A stretch of DNA of 63,419 nt, the filler included. It is 4 parts of 4 records of this genome, joined end to end, with 100 filler letters (N's around TTAATTAATTAA, not from the genome) between each part and the next. Parts side by side here need not be neighbours in the genome. Positions count along the whole stretch, not along the records: positions 6,467 to 37,958 come from SRR20825006_236; 3 more parts are not named here. One strand, given 5' to 3'. Positions 9,750 through 19,018 of the stretch are shown here, in pieces. Both the position numbers and the translations under genes were made by a program. Below the pieces are notes generated by a model that had not been told where the DNA came from, searched no databases, and saw only the letters and a program-made list of their open reading frames with translations. Each line of letters opens with the position of its first letter. Within the stretch, counting starts at the first letter, position 1.

Positions 9750-11204
9750 TTATTTCTTGGTCACTCTAAAAGTTGAAACAACTCCGTTTATCTCAGCTTT
9801 GAGTATATAAATTCCACTAACCTGTTCTGAAAGGTCAAACGAACTTCCTGATGATACTGAGCTTTCAGCTACTTTTTCACCTATTATGTTAAATGCTGTT
9901 ACGTGAATAACGTCGTCATTACTGCCAGATTTGATGTAAACAATCCCTTCTGTCGGATTAGGATATGCGCTTAACTCTTGGACGTTCACCGTTGTTTCTA
10001 ATGGTTCTTCAACGGCGGAATCTAAACTCTTACCGCAATAATTATGATGAGAATATGTTACGTATGGTCCCGAAAAAAGAGGGTTGAATGATCTCCAAAT
10101 ATGGTATTTTGTTGTAGTTGAGCCATAGTCATAGAACGCTATGATATCACCAATTTTTCCTCCATCAGCTCCAGCACGCGTATCAATTGTCGCTACTTTC
10201 CCTGTTATTTGAGAAGCGCTGTAGCCAGTAGCGCTCCACCAACCGTTTCCTCCTGAATAATTGAAACCACTACCTGTGGATTCAAAAACGTGCATTTTCG
10301 TTAAGCCTCCGCCATAATCATAAAATACCGCTATGTCATCAAATATCTTTGAACTCCGATCGATGTTCACGGCTACAACTCTACCAGTAACTTGACTTGC
10401 TGAATATCCGTAAGAACTCCACCATCCATTTCCACCTTGATAAGTGAAAGAACTGCCATTTGATAACCATACATGAATGCGAGTTTGTCCTCCTCCATAA
10501 TCGTAAAAGGCAGCAATATCATCTGTTTTTCCATCTTGATCAAAATCCCCAGAAATAACACGATCCGTTATTTGTCCAGCAGTATAACCCTGAGTACTCC
10601 ACCAGCCATTATATCCACTGTAAGAGAACGCCGACCCATTAGACTGAAAAACATGAATTCTTGTTTCACCATTGCCGTAATCATAGAACATTGCAATATC
10701 ATCACGGTATCCATCACGATCGAAATCACCAGCAACGACTCTTCCAGTTACGTTACTTGCATTATAGCCTGTTTGCGTAAGAAAAGTAGACATTGTAAAG
10801 CTTGGATTCGACGAATTGTTACTTACAAAAACGTCTATCCTCATCGTCGATGAATTTACTTCATAGATCAAAGCAAAATCATTGTTCCAACCATCTCGAT
10901 TGAAGTCTCCAGATACCATTCTTCCATTTACCTTTGAAAGATCGTATACAAATGAACTAACATTTTTATCAAGGACTCGATTATCGAAGACATCTCCTTT
11001 GAGCACATCTATATATGTATATGATCCCGCTTGATGCAACATAACTACATCATTATACTCATCATCTGCAGAACCCATAATGGCAAATTGTCCTGTAACA
11101 ACATAATTTGTAAATGTGGAAGGATTGTTATTGCAATCTTGACCATAACTGGTCGACGCAATTGTTAAGCAGGTTAAAAACGCTGCTCGTTTTAAATTTC
11201 TCAT
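9750..11204 (-). CDS. T9SS type-A CTD protein with ~62-aa FG-GAP/VCBS-like repeats
   Basis: Signal peptide from ATG 11204; repeats 'GDFDxDG..DDIAxFYDYGxGxTRIHV..SNGS.F.Y.G.NGWWS..GY.A.Q.T.RV'; CTD 'AYPNPTEG...SGIYILK...RVTKK'. Confidence 0.85.
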   Translation of the reverse strand: MRNLKRAAFLTCLTIASTSYGQDCNNNPSTFTNYVVTGQFAIMGSADDEYNDVVMLHQAGSYTYIDVLKGDVFDNRVLDKNVSSFVYDLSKVNGRMVSGDFNRDGWNNDFALIYEVNSSTMRIDVFVSNNSSNPSFTMSTFLTQTGYNASNVTGRVVAGDFDRDGYRDDIAMFYDYGNGETRIHVFQSNGSAFSYSGYNGWWSTQGYTAGQITDRVISGDFDQDGKTDDIAAFYDYGGGQTRIHVWLSNGSSFTYQGGNGWWSSYGYSASQVTGRVVAVNIDRSSKIFDDIAVFYDYGGGLTKMHVFESTGSGFNYSGGNGWWSATGYSASQITGKVATIDTRAGADGGKIGDIIAFYDYGSTTTKYHIWRSFNPLFSGPYVTYSHHNYCGKSLDSAVEEPLETTVNVQELSAYPNPTEGIVYIKSGSNDDVIHVTAFNIIGEKVAESSVSSGSSFDLSEQVSGIYILKAEINGVVSTFRVTKK

Positions 11205-11402
11205 AATAATTAAGTTTAGGCTTCTTACTTTTCCGTAATATAACATTTTGAAGCCTAACAACAAGCTAATAGCTCCTTACTTTGATACACCTCTCGGATC
11301 AATCCTATAGAAAATGAGCCACTCACTCATTAGGAAAGAATGAATCTATTTATGAGGCCCTTAAGAATTCCATTTTCAGCAAGAATATCTCAAAAAGCTC
11401 GT

Positions 11403-11410
11403 TACATTTG
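11403..11410 (+). promoter_or_regulatory. Bacteroidota housekeeping -7 element
   Basis: TACATTTG matches TAnnTTTG just upstream of ATG 11416. Confidence 0.55.
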
Positions 11411-11415
11411 TAGAT

Positions 11416-12618
11416 ATGTATGATTTTCCAGTAGCGTATTTCAATAGTAACGACGGCACTTCGCGCTTAGCATTTGGCGAAGGAGCACTTCTAAAATTAA
11501 CGGACGAAGATCCTTTATCTCAAATTCAACAATTTGTCGATGAAAACAAAGGGTCTTACATCCTTATGAATTTGTCTTACGACTTAAAGAATGCGATTGA
11601 AAACCTCGAATCTTCCAACGACGATCGAATCGGATTTCCTTTGGGAATTTTATGGGTTCCTAAATACTTAGTTGATCTTAACAAAGAACACTTGCATTTT
11701 GTTCAGGGACAAAGCGATCGCACGAGCATTAGTTTTATCGATTATTTCATGGAAGAGGAAATCGATCAGAATTTCCATCCGTTTCCCTATGAGTTCAAGC
11801 CACGAATTTCGAAGGAAGAGTACTTGTCTCATGTTGTTGCACTAAAAGAAGAAATTCAGCAAGGAAACATTTACGAAGTGAATTTCTGTCAAGAATTTTT
11901 TGCTGAAAATGTGGAAATTAAATATCCTTTAGATTCATACTTCAAACTAAATCAGCTTACGCGCGCTCCATTTTCTTCGTTCTTTTCAATTGACGATTTC
12001 ATGATTTTCTGCGGAAGTCCAGAGCGTTATTTGTTGCGACAAGAAAACAAACTGGTTTCTGAACCAATCAAAGGCACTTCGAAGCGTGGAGAAACACCTG
12101 AAGAAGATGAGGTCTTGAAAGAACAATTACTCAACGATCCAAAAGAGCGGGCAGAAAATGTTATGATTGTGGATCTTGTGCGAAACGATTTATCGCGGGT
12201 TGCTATTCCTAATTCTGTTAAAGTAGAGGAACTTTTTGGAATTTATACGTTTGAAACTGTGCATCAAATGATTTCGAGAGTTTCATGTGAAGTTGAACCG
12301 GATATTCAATTTAAAGATATTTTGAAGGCTTCATTTCCTATGGGTTCAATGACTGGTGCTCCGAAAATTAGCGCGATGAACTTGATCGAAGAGCACGAAA
12401 GTTTTAAACGAGGATTATACTCAGGATCTATCGGCTATATCAAACCCAACGGAGATTTTGACCTGAACGTTGTCATTAGGACGTTGATTTATAATAAAAC
12501 AAACCTCAATCTCTCCTGCTCAGTTGGTGGCGCAATTACGAATCAATCCGATCCTGAAAAAGAATATGAAGAGTGTTTGGTTAAGGTGAAGCGGATTCTC
12601 GACGGAATGAATGCATAG
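11416..12618 (+). CDS. pabB: Aminodeoxychorismate synthase component I / anthranilate synthase component I family
   Basis: SPERY, PIKGT, AENVMIVDLVRNDL, FPMGSMTGAPK and RGLYSGSIG motifs. Confidence 0.85.
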   Translation: MYDFPVAYFNSNDGTSRLAFGEGALLKLTDEDPLSQIQQFVDENKGSYILMNLSYDLKNAIENLESSNDDRIGFPLGILWVPKYLVDLNKEHLHFVQGQSDRTSISFIDYFMEEEIDQNFHPFPYEFKPRISKEEYLSHVVALKEEIQQGNIYEVNFCQEFFAENVEIKYPLDSYFKLNQLTRAPFSSFFSIDDFMIFCGSPERYLLRQENKLVSEPIKGTSKRGETPEEDEVLKEQLLNDPKERAENVMIVDLVRNDLSRVAIPNSVKVEELFGIYTFETVHQMISRVSCEVEPDIQFKDILKASFPMGSMTGAPKISAMNLIEEHESFKRGLYSGSIGYIKPNGDFDLNVVIRTLIYNKTNLNLSCSVGGAITNQSDPEKEYEECLVKVKRILDGMNA

Positions 12619-13864
12619 AATTGAACGGCATATTATTGAACACTGGTCTCACCTGAAAAACATTCAGCTTTTTGTTGCCTGTAGCGGTGGATTGGATTCA
12701 ATGGTTCTTTTGCACAGCTTTTATTCACTTGGGTTTAATGTAACCGCTCTTCATGTGAATTACCAGCTCAGAGGAGAAGATTCAGAGTTAGATCATCAAA
12801 GTGTGGTAATGTATTGTCAAGAAAAGAACATTCCCTTTGAACATATTTTTGGGTCGATTGATCCCACTCAGAACCTACAAGAATCCGCACGTGAGATTCG
12901 ATATTCTTGGTTTGAAGCGAAAATGAAAGGCTCCGATGGCTCAAAAACGCTCCTTGCGCATCATGCGGATGATCAAGTAGAAACTTTTTTCCTCCACTTG
13001 GCTCGAAAATCGGGGATTTTAGGAATGGCGTGTATGCCTTCAGAGAATGGAAATTTTCTCCGTCCGCTCCTTTCGTTTTCAAAGCATGAACTAAAAGAAT
13101 ATGCCATAGAAAAAGAACTTTCCTGGCGTGAAGATGCATCGAATGCAACAACGAAGTATCGCCGCAATTTCCTTCGTAACGAAATACTTCCTGCTCTTTA
13201 CGCGCAACAACCCGATTTGAAATCACACGTCTTGGAATTGGTCTCGGCATTTCAACGCACTCAACAGGAGATTGAAAAATCTATTGCTCCATTCTTAGAG
13301 AAAATTGAAGCACAAAATCAACTAACCTTCGAAATCTTCGATCAACTTTCTAGCGAAGAAAAATTTGAGTTATTCAGACATTTTGGAGTCAGCGGAAATG
13401 AACTGAGCGAACTGGATAAACTGAGAAACTCAACACGTGGAAAGCGCTTGGAACTTCGAAACGATAAATTCTTGGCGATTGTGAATGATGAAAATAGTTT
13501 CACCTTCCTAAGATTGGAACAACCAACAGTTTCGCTTTTAGTTCAAGAAGTCAATGAACTGCCAACTTCATTCAGTAAGCATGAGATTTATCTAGACAAT
13601 TCGTTCATTCAAGGAAAACTTTTCTTGCGTGCTCCAATTGAAGGCGATCGTATTTCTCCCATTGGAATGAAAGGAACTCAGCTCATCTCTGACATTCTAA
13701 AAGATGCCAAACTCAACGCGAATGAAAAGTCGAATGCACTTGTTTTGTGCGATGAAACGACCGTTCATTGGCTCGTAGGACATAAAGTTGGTCGAATTGC
13801 ACTCGCAAACACATCCAGTTCACAAATAGTGAAATGTTCTATTTCTGAAGAACTTCCAAAATAG
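12611..13864 (+). CDS. tilS: tRNA(Ile)-lysidine synthetase
   Basis: PP-loop SGGLDS, AHHADDQVET, RPLL, EDASN, YRRNFLR. Confidence 0.95.
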   Translation: MHRIERHIIEHWSHLKNIQLFVACSGGLDSMVLLHSFYSLGFNVTALHVNYQLRGEDSELDHQSVVMYCQEKNIPFEHIFGSIDPTQNLQESAREIRYSWFEAKMKGSDGSKTLLAHHADDQVETFFLHLARKSGILGMACMPSENGNFLRPLLSFSKHELKEYAIEKELSWREDASNATTKYRRNFLRNEILPALYAQQPDLKSHVLELVSAFQRTQQEIEKSIAPFLEKIEAQNQLTFEIFDQLSSEEKFELFRHFGVSGNELSELDKLRNSTRGKRLELRNDKFLAIVNDENSFTFLRLEQPTVSLLVQEVNELPTSFSKHEIYLDNSFIQGKLFLRAPIEGDRISPIGMKGTQLISDILKDAKLNANEKSNALVLCDETTVHWLVGHKVGRIALANTSSSQIVKCSISEELPK

Positions 13865-15476
13865 GTTTCCCCGTTGACATATTTGGTCGTTGCAAATAAA
13901 GCATGTGCGTTAACGTAGCCGTGATATCCGTAATGTTTATTGGACGAATTACTTCTTTCGATGGAATTCCTTTACCGTACCAAAGCAATGGAACGTGCGT
14001 ATCATAACTGAACGCAGAACCATGACTTGTTCCTTTACGCGCCAATTCAGAATCAGCCGATTTCGGTAAGTAACCCGCTTCGAGAATGAACAATACGTCA
14101 CCACTTTCTTCATGATGGAATCCTTTTGTTACCATATCTCTCCACTCGTCATCAAATCCCGTTTCATATAATTGATCCGCAGTGAATGAGCGTTTTACAC
14201 CTTTCCAGTGTTGAATTTTTCTAGAAACGAACGTTTGAACCTCCGATAAATTCACCCCAAGTGAATCAATTCTGTCATGATTTAAATAAATATTCAAATT
14301 GTCTTCATACAACAGTAAATCCTTTCCGTACTCGCTTGTTAAATCTGTTTTCAATTGCGCCAAATGTTCCTCTAAAAAGAAATATCCTCCAGGTAACTTT
14401 TTATCGATTAAGTACTGTGGAACAGGAACAACCGCGTGATCGGCTGTCAAAAAGATAACAAACTCATCCTTTCCTACTTTCGCTTCTAGTTGCTTAATTA
14501 ACTTTTTAATCTCCAAGTCAAGGCGCAAGTATGTGTCTTCAATTTCAATTGAGTAAGGTCCAAACGCGTGACCAATAATATCCGGTGTTGAATAACTGAT
14601 ACAAAGCATATCCGTTTGATCATCCTCCCCGAGAGCATTTGGGTCAATGGATGCAAGTGCAAAATCCGTCAAATATGTATTCGCGAAAGGTGTGTACGTA
14701 AACAAACCATAGTTCAACGAATCTTTGGTCATTTCCTTCAAATTGTAGGGAAAAGTCGGGGTTTCTTTCCCTGGAAGTAAATGTTCGTAAGGACTATTAT
14801 CAATGTCGCTCTCTGCATAGAGGCCTATGTCCATAATTGTATTCCACTCTCCTTCTAAGATTTTTTCTACGTAATCCTTTTGATTGAAATCGTTTACCCA
14901 TGCCGGCAAAGTATTCTCATAGAAGGTACTCGTAATAAAATCCCCCGTTTTGTAATCATACCAATAAGAACCATCGCTCAGGTGACCGCCAGGCAGAATC
15001 GCCCCACGGTTTTTAATTGACATTGAAATCACCTTTGCTTCAGGATACGTTAACTTTAGCTGATCGGTAATTGTATTAGCTTTTAGTCGATTTGGAGAAA
15101 ACACACCATAAGTAGATGCAGAACCTACTGTTTTCACCGTTGTATCTTCGACGCAATTCACCTCAGCATTAGACTCTCGATCAAACCAATCGTTGGCAAC
15201 AATTCCGTGATTGTTCGGAGTTGTTCCTGTATAAATAGAGGCATGCCCAGGTCCAGTATAAGTCGGAATGTAGTTGTATGCCGTATTTCTGCAATTCGTT
15301 CCTTCCGTCATTAATTTACGGAAACCGCCTTCGCAAAATTTATCATGGTAGCGATACAAATATTCGTAGCACATTTGATCTACAACAATTCCGACCACCA
15401 ATTTAGGAGATTCAAGTTGTTGAGCCTTTCCAGTAAAACTGAGGAATATGAGAGTAAGAATGCTGAGTTGTTTCAT
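13839..15476 (-). CDS. pafA: Alkaline phosphatase PafA family
   Basis: PKLVVGIVVDQM, PTYTGPGHASIYTG (Thr nucleophile), TADH, GTSHGS. Confidence 0.9.
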   Translation of the reverse strand: MKQLSILTLIFLSFTGKAQQLESPKLVVGIVVDQMCYEYLYRYHDKFCEGGFRKLMTEGTNCRNTAYNYIPTYTGPGHASIYTGTTPNNHGIVANDWFDRESNAEVNCVEDTTVKTVGSASTYGVFSPNRLKANTITDQLKLTYPEAKVISMSIKNRGAILPGGHLSDGSYWYDYKTGDFITSTFYENTLPAWVNDFNQKDYVEKILEGEWNTIMDIGLYAESDIDNSPYEHLLPGKETPTFPYNLKEMTKDSLNYGLFTYTPFANTYLTDFALASIDPNALGEDDQTDMLCISYSTPDIIGHAFGPYSIEIEDTYLRLDLEIKKLIKQLEAKVGKDEFVIFLTADHAVVPVPQYLIDKKLPGGYFFLEEHLAQLKTDLTSEYGKDLLLYEDNLNIYLNHDRIDSLGVNLSEVQTFVSRKIQHWKGVKRSFTADQLYETGFDDEWRDMVTKGFHHEESGDVLFILEAGYLPKSADSELARKGTSHGSAFSYDTHVPLLWYGKGIPSKEVIRPINITDITATLTHMLYLQRPNMSTGKPILEVLQK

Positions 15477-15562
15477 TGATTCAATTTAGATTCCTTAAAA
15501 TTATTAAATAATCCTTCCTTGTAAAGCGATCCATGCATTAACTTTACATGAAATAGTCGATT

Positions 15563-16153
15563 ATGCTCGGATTAAAACTTCCTACCGACCCAAGATGGGT
15601 GAATATTGTAGAAAAAAATGTTTCTGAAATTCTAACAGATCATGCCTACTGTGAACAAAAAGCCGCGAGCAATGCTATTTCAACGATTGTAAAATTCCCT
15701 GAACATCCGGAAGTTGTGCAAGCAATGACTGAAATTGCAGTGGAAGAAATGGAACATTTTGGGATGGTTCATGCAAAAATTGTAGAACGCGGTTTTGAGC
15801 TTGGGGAAGAAAGAGCTGATCCGTATGTGGGTGATTTGATCAAACACCTCAATGTAAATTACGGTGGAGATTCGCATGTGAGTCGCTTTGTGAACAAAAT
15901 GCTCTTTTCTGCCATGGTAGAAGCGAGAAGTTGCGAGCGTTTTAAGATTCTCTCTGAAGAAATGACCGACCCAGACCTAAAAGAATTTTATTGGAGTTTA
16001 ATGGAAAGCGAAGCTCGTCATTATACTACATTTCTAGGTTTGGCTAGAAAATATGGCGGTAAAATAGATGTAAACGCTCGTTGGGAAGCATTTCTGGCAT
16101 TCGAAGCGACCTTGATGGAGAAATACGGGAAGTCTGAAACGATGCACGGCTAG
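15563..16153 (+). CDS. miaE: tRNA-(ms2io6A) hydroxylase
   Basis: DHAYCEQKAA, EEMEHF, EARSCERF and SEARHY di-iron motifs. Confidence 0.93.
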   Translation: MLGLKLPTDPRWVNIVEKNVSEILTDHAYCEQKAASNAISTIVKFPEHPEVVQAMTEIAVEEMEHFGMVHAKIVERGFELGEERADPYVGDLIKHLNVNYGGDSHVSRFVNKMLFSAMVEARSCERFKILSEEMTDPDLKEFYWSLMESEARHYTTFLGLARKYGGKIDVNARWEAFLAFEATLMEKYGKSETMHG

Positions 16154-16395
16154 CTTCGACTTCGCTCAGCTGCCGTTTTCGTTAATTCATATTACGTGGG
16201 CTTCGACTCCGCTCAGCCCACTTCAAATTCTTTTCTTTTCAACCAAAGCTAACTGCGTGCTGAGACTCTCGAAAGTGGGCTGAAGTTCTAAAAAGTGGGC
16301 TGAGCGAAGTCGAAGCCCACCCATTATTTCCCTGTAAAACAAAACCAATCGTGACTGAAGTTCTCTAAAGTGGGCTTAGCGGAGCCGAAGCCCAC
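16147..16395. repeat. Cluster of REP-like short palindromic repeats (BIME-like)
   Basis: ~26-nt GTGGGCTTCGACT(C/T)CGCTCAGCCCAC units: 16196-16221 (+), 16295-16320 (-), 16370-16395 (-, variant), a variant at 16147-16175, plus partial copies. Confidence 0.8.
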
Positions 16396-16399
16396 AAAA

Positions 16400-16429
16400 A
16401 AATCCCCTCCTGTTGCCAAGAGAGGATTT
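16400..16429 (-). terminator. Terminator hairpin downstream of the M14 peptidase
   Basis: AAATCCCCT...AGAGGATTT imperfect stem with an A-run on the + strand. Confidence 0.6.
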
Positions 16430-16449
16430 CAATTCTAAAAATATTGATT

Positions 16450-18831
16450 TTAGTGAATCACCACCAATTTTACTGGTTTTACCGCTGCACCAAGTTCTTC
16501 AATATACACTAAATACATTCCTTCTGGAAGTTTAGATGTATTCACCGTTAACATATTCGTTTGTTCCGTGATTTCTTGGAAAACGACTAGCTGTCCAGCT
16601 TGATTATATACTTTAAGCGCGCCATTCGAAACAACTTTTGAAAAGCTAACTATTGCTTGTCCGTTTGCTGGGTTTGGAATTGTTTTCACATCAAATGAAT
16701 ATTCATCAATGCTATTCGAAGACGTATCTTGAGCATCGTAACTAATTTTGAAGTCGTCAAAGAAGAATCCATTTTCTGTTAATCCACCATCCGACTCAAG
16801 AATAAATCTCACTTTAATTGACTGTCCAAGATAATCGCTCAAATTAATTTGCTCTAGAACCCAATTGTTCTGTACTGATTCATATACAGGCTCTCCATCT
16901 GGTTGAACACCGCCTACACTACCATTTCCAAGAACAGTATAGTTGCCACATTGACCAATCCAAGAAGTACCTCCATTTGTAGACACTTGAAATTGACAAT
17001 AATCGTAATCTGGCTCAATATTCCACTTCGCGTAGTAGGTAATTTGAGCTCCAGTAGCCGCTGTTAAATCGATCGCTTGGTTATACTCATAAGTTTTAGT
17101 TGTGTTGTTTGAGTAATTTCCAGAAGGACTATCTGCAAAACTTTTGGATGGTGAGTAAAACTCAGAACCAGTAATCCCCCAGTTTCCTGACCAGTTAGAC
17201 GTTCCTGATTCGGCATCATCTGATGCTTGCAAGGTCAATAATCCAAATGTTTTTGTTATTGTATCTCTGTGTGTCCATGCACCATATTCTGTGTTTAGAA
17301 CGTATTTGATTTCATCCCCAAACTGAATTGCTGGATCAAGTACGTAAGAAAACGATCCGTTTGTTGTTTGGCTAATTCCAAGATCGTAAGAAATTGATGT
17401 CCCAACAGATTGAATTCCCGTTAATGGTTCGCAAGAAACAGTAATCGCCCCAGATTGTAAACCTAGACGATGTGCTTCATGATTGAAATTTCCTGTCATT
17501 GAAGAAACCGAAGAAGGATCAGTATCTTTAATTATGAGATATTTATGTGCCAAATGCGACAATACCAAGTTTGGGTGAACCATTTCTAGACATGTTGGAA
17601 CAATTAATCCTTGTGCTGGCCAAAATGCATCACCTACTTCAGGTGTAATGGCGAAGACAGTGTCTTTAATTCCAACGCCAATATCTACTTTGTAGGCATA
17701 ATCATCAGAATCTCCAGATGCTGCGTAAAGCCCAGAGCTCTTTTGATACACATAATTGTTATACATTGCCATGTGTGCGGTAAAATCTTGAAAGTAATCG
17801 TGATGATCTGCAAATTCGCCAACTGTCGTTCCAATTGGATGAAGCAACAAATCTCCATAAGTATGTGAGTTCGATGCTAATTTGAATCCATAAGTCTCAT
17901 ACATCCATTTCATCGCTTGTGTCTCTGGCTCAGAGAAAGCAGAAGTTCCAGGATATGTATCATTATTTACATTACCACTAACCCCAGTTGTATTCCATCC
18001 GTAAGAGTAATTTCTGTTTAAATCAACACCTGGATTCGTTGTGCCGACATTACGCTTATTCTTTCTGTGCATTCCGAAACCATTCGGATCATTTGCTTCG
18101 TTTTCTAAATATCCATCAGGATTAATACATGGCACGAAGAACATTTCTGTGTTATCGACCAAAAATTTCACCTCATCACTTGTAGAATAGTTTTCTAACA
18201 AATACCACATGTAGAAAATCGTTTGGCTCATTGATAGAGGCTCACGTGCGTGATGAACAGCCGTATACAATACTTTTGGTTCTGTCTCGGCCGTTGAAGG
18301 ATTGTCAGAAATCTTTACGTAGTAAATAGGTCTGTTTTCATTAGTTAAAAACGTGTTTCCATTTGGACCAATCGGTGCTCTTGCTGAAATAAGGTTCGGA
18401 TACTGAGCTGCCATATCATCTAGCGCATCAAGCATATCCTGATAACGATAAAATCCAGCGTAAGAGCTATTCTCAAAGTGTCCCGCTGGAACGGTAGGAT
18501 TGAATCCACCACTCGTCGCTTGAGAGCAGTTGACATTTTTTGCTGGCGCATCTTTCGAATGCTCAGCATAATATGCCTTTACATCATCAATTAAAATTTC
18601 AAAGGAATAGCCGTTGGACGACATTGTTGCAATTTCATCCGAAGAGAAATCACTAATAAAAAAGGTGTTTTTCTTAGAGATTCCGTGATCAACTGCAACG
18701 CCTAATTCGGCTAAATGCTGCAATCCATCTGCATCTGCATAGATTTTTACTTTGGAGTATTTCAATTGACCAAAGGAGAGTCCAGCCAACGAAACAAACG
18801 CTAAAAGCGAGAGTGTAGTTTTCATTTTCAT
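16450..18831 (-). CDS. M14 zinc carboxypeptidase (carboxypeptidase T-like) with C-terminal T9SS sorting domain
   Basis: HHARE zinc motif, GVDLNRNY, FSEPET; immune-inhibitor-A-like domain; CTD 'IPNPANG...PEGMYLV...KLVVIH'. Confidence 0.92.
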   Translation of the reverse strand: MKMKTTLSLLAFVSLAGLSFGQLKYSKVKIYADADGLQHLAELGVAVDHGISKKNTFFISDFSSDEIATMSSNGYSFEILIDDVKAYYAEHSKDAPAKNVNCSQATSGGFNPTVPAGHFENSSYAGFYRYQDMLDALDDMAAQYPNLISARAPIGPNGNTFLTNENRPIYYVKISDNPSTAETEPKVLYTAVHHAREPLSMSQTIFYMWYLLENYSTSDEVKFLVDNTEMFFVPCINPDGYLENEANDPNGFGMHRKNKRNVGTTNPGVDLNRNYSYGWNTTGVSGNVNNDTYPGTSAFSEPETQAMKWMYETYGFKLASNSHTYGDLLLHPIGTTVGEFADHHDYFQDFTAHMAMYNNYVYQKSSGLYAASGDSDDYAYKVDIGVGIKDTVFAITPEVGDAFWPAQGLIVPTCLEMVHPNLVLSHLAHKYLIIKDTDPSSVSSMTGNFNHEAHRLGLQSGAITVSCEPLTGIQSVGTSISYDLGISQTTNGSFSYVLDPAIQFGDEIKYVLNTEYGAWTHRDTITKTFGLLTLQASDDAESGTSNWSGNWGITGSEFYSPSKSFADSPSGNYSNNTTKTYEYNQAIDLTAATGAQITYYAKWNIEPDYDYCQFQVSTNGGTSWIGQCGNYTVLGNGSVGGVQPDGEPVYESVQNNWVLEQINLSDYLGQSIKVRFILESDGGLTENGFFFDDFKISYDAQDTSSNSIDEYSFDVKTIPNPANGQAIVSFSKVVSNGALKVYNQAGQLVVFQEITEQTNMLTVNTSKLPEGMYLVYIEELGAAVKPVKLVVIH

Positions 18832-19018
18832 AGTTCTATAGTTCTACGCAATTTAGTGACTTTTTTCCAGTTTTCGGGTTAACTCGCCTACCTAATTTCG
18901 TTCATCAAGTGAATTAGTCCCGTTAAGTAGCCAATCAAGCCACCTATACTATTTCGCTATTTTTTTGATCTCTTCTCTTGTTAACTTTACGCATAGAACC
19001 TTGCAAAAAAAAATATAC

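Noticed and set aside
16147-16395. Possible CRISPR array
   Set aside because: Repeats occur in both orientations with irregular spacing, and there are no cas genes; REP-like instead
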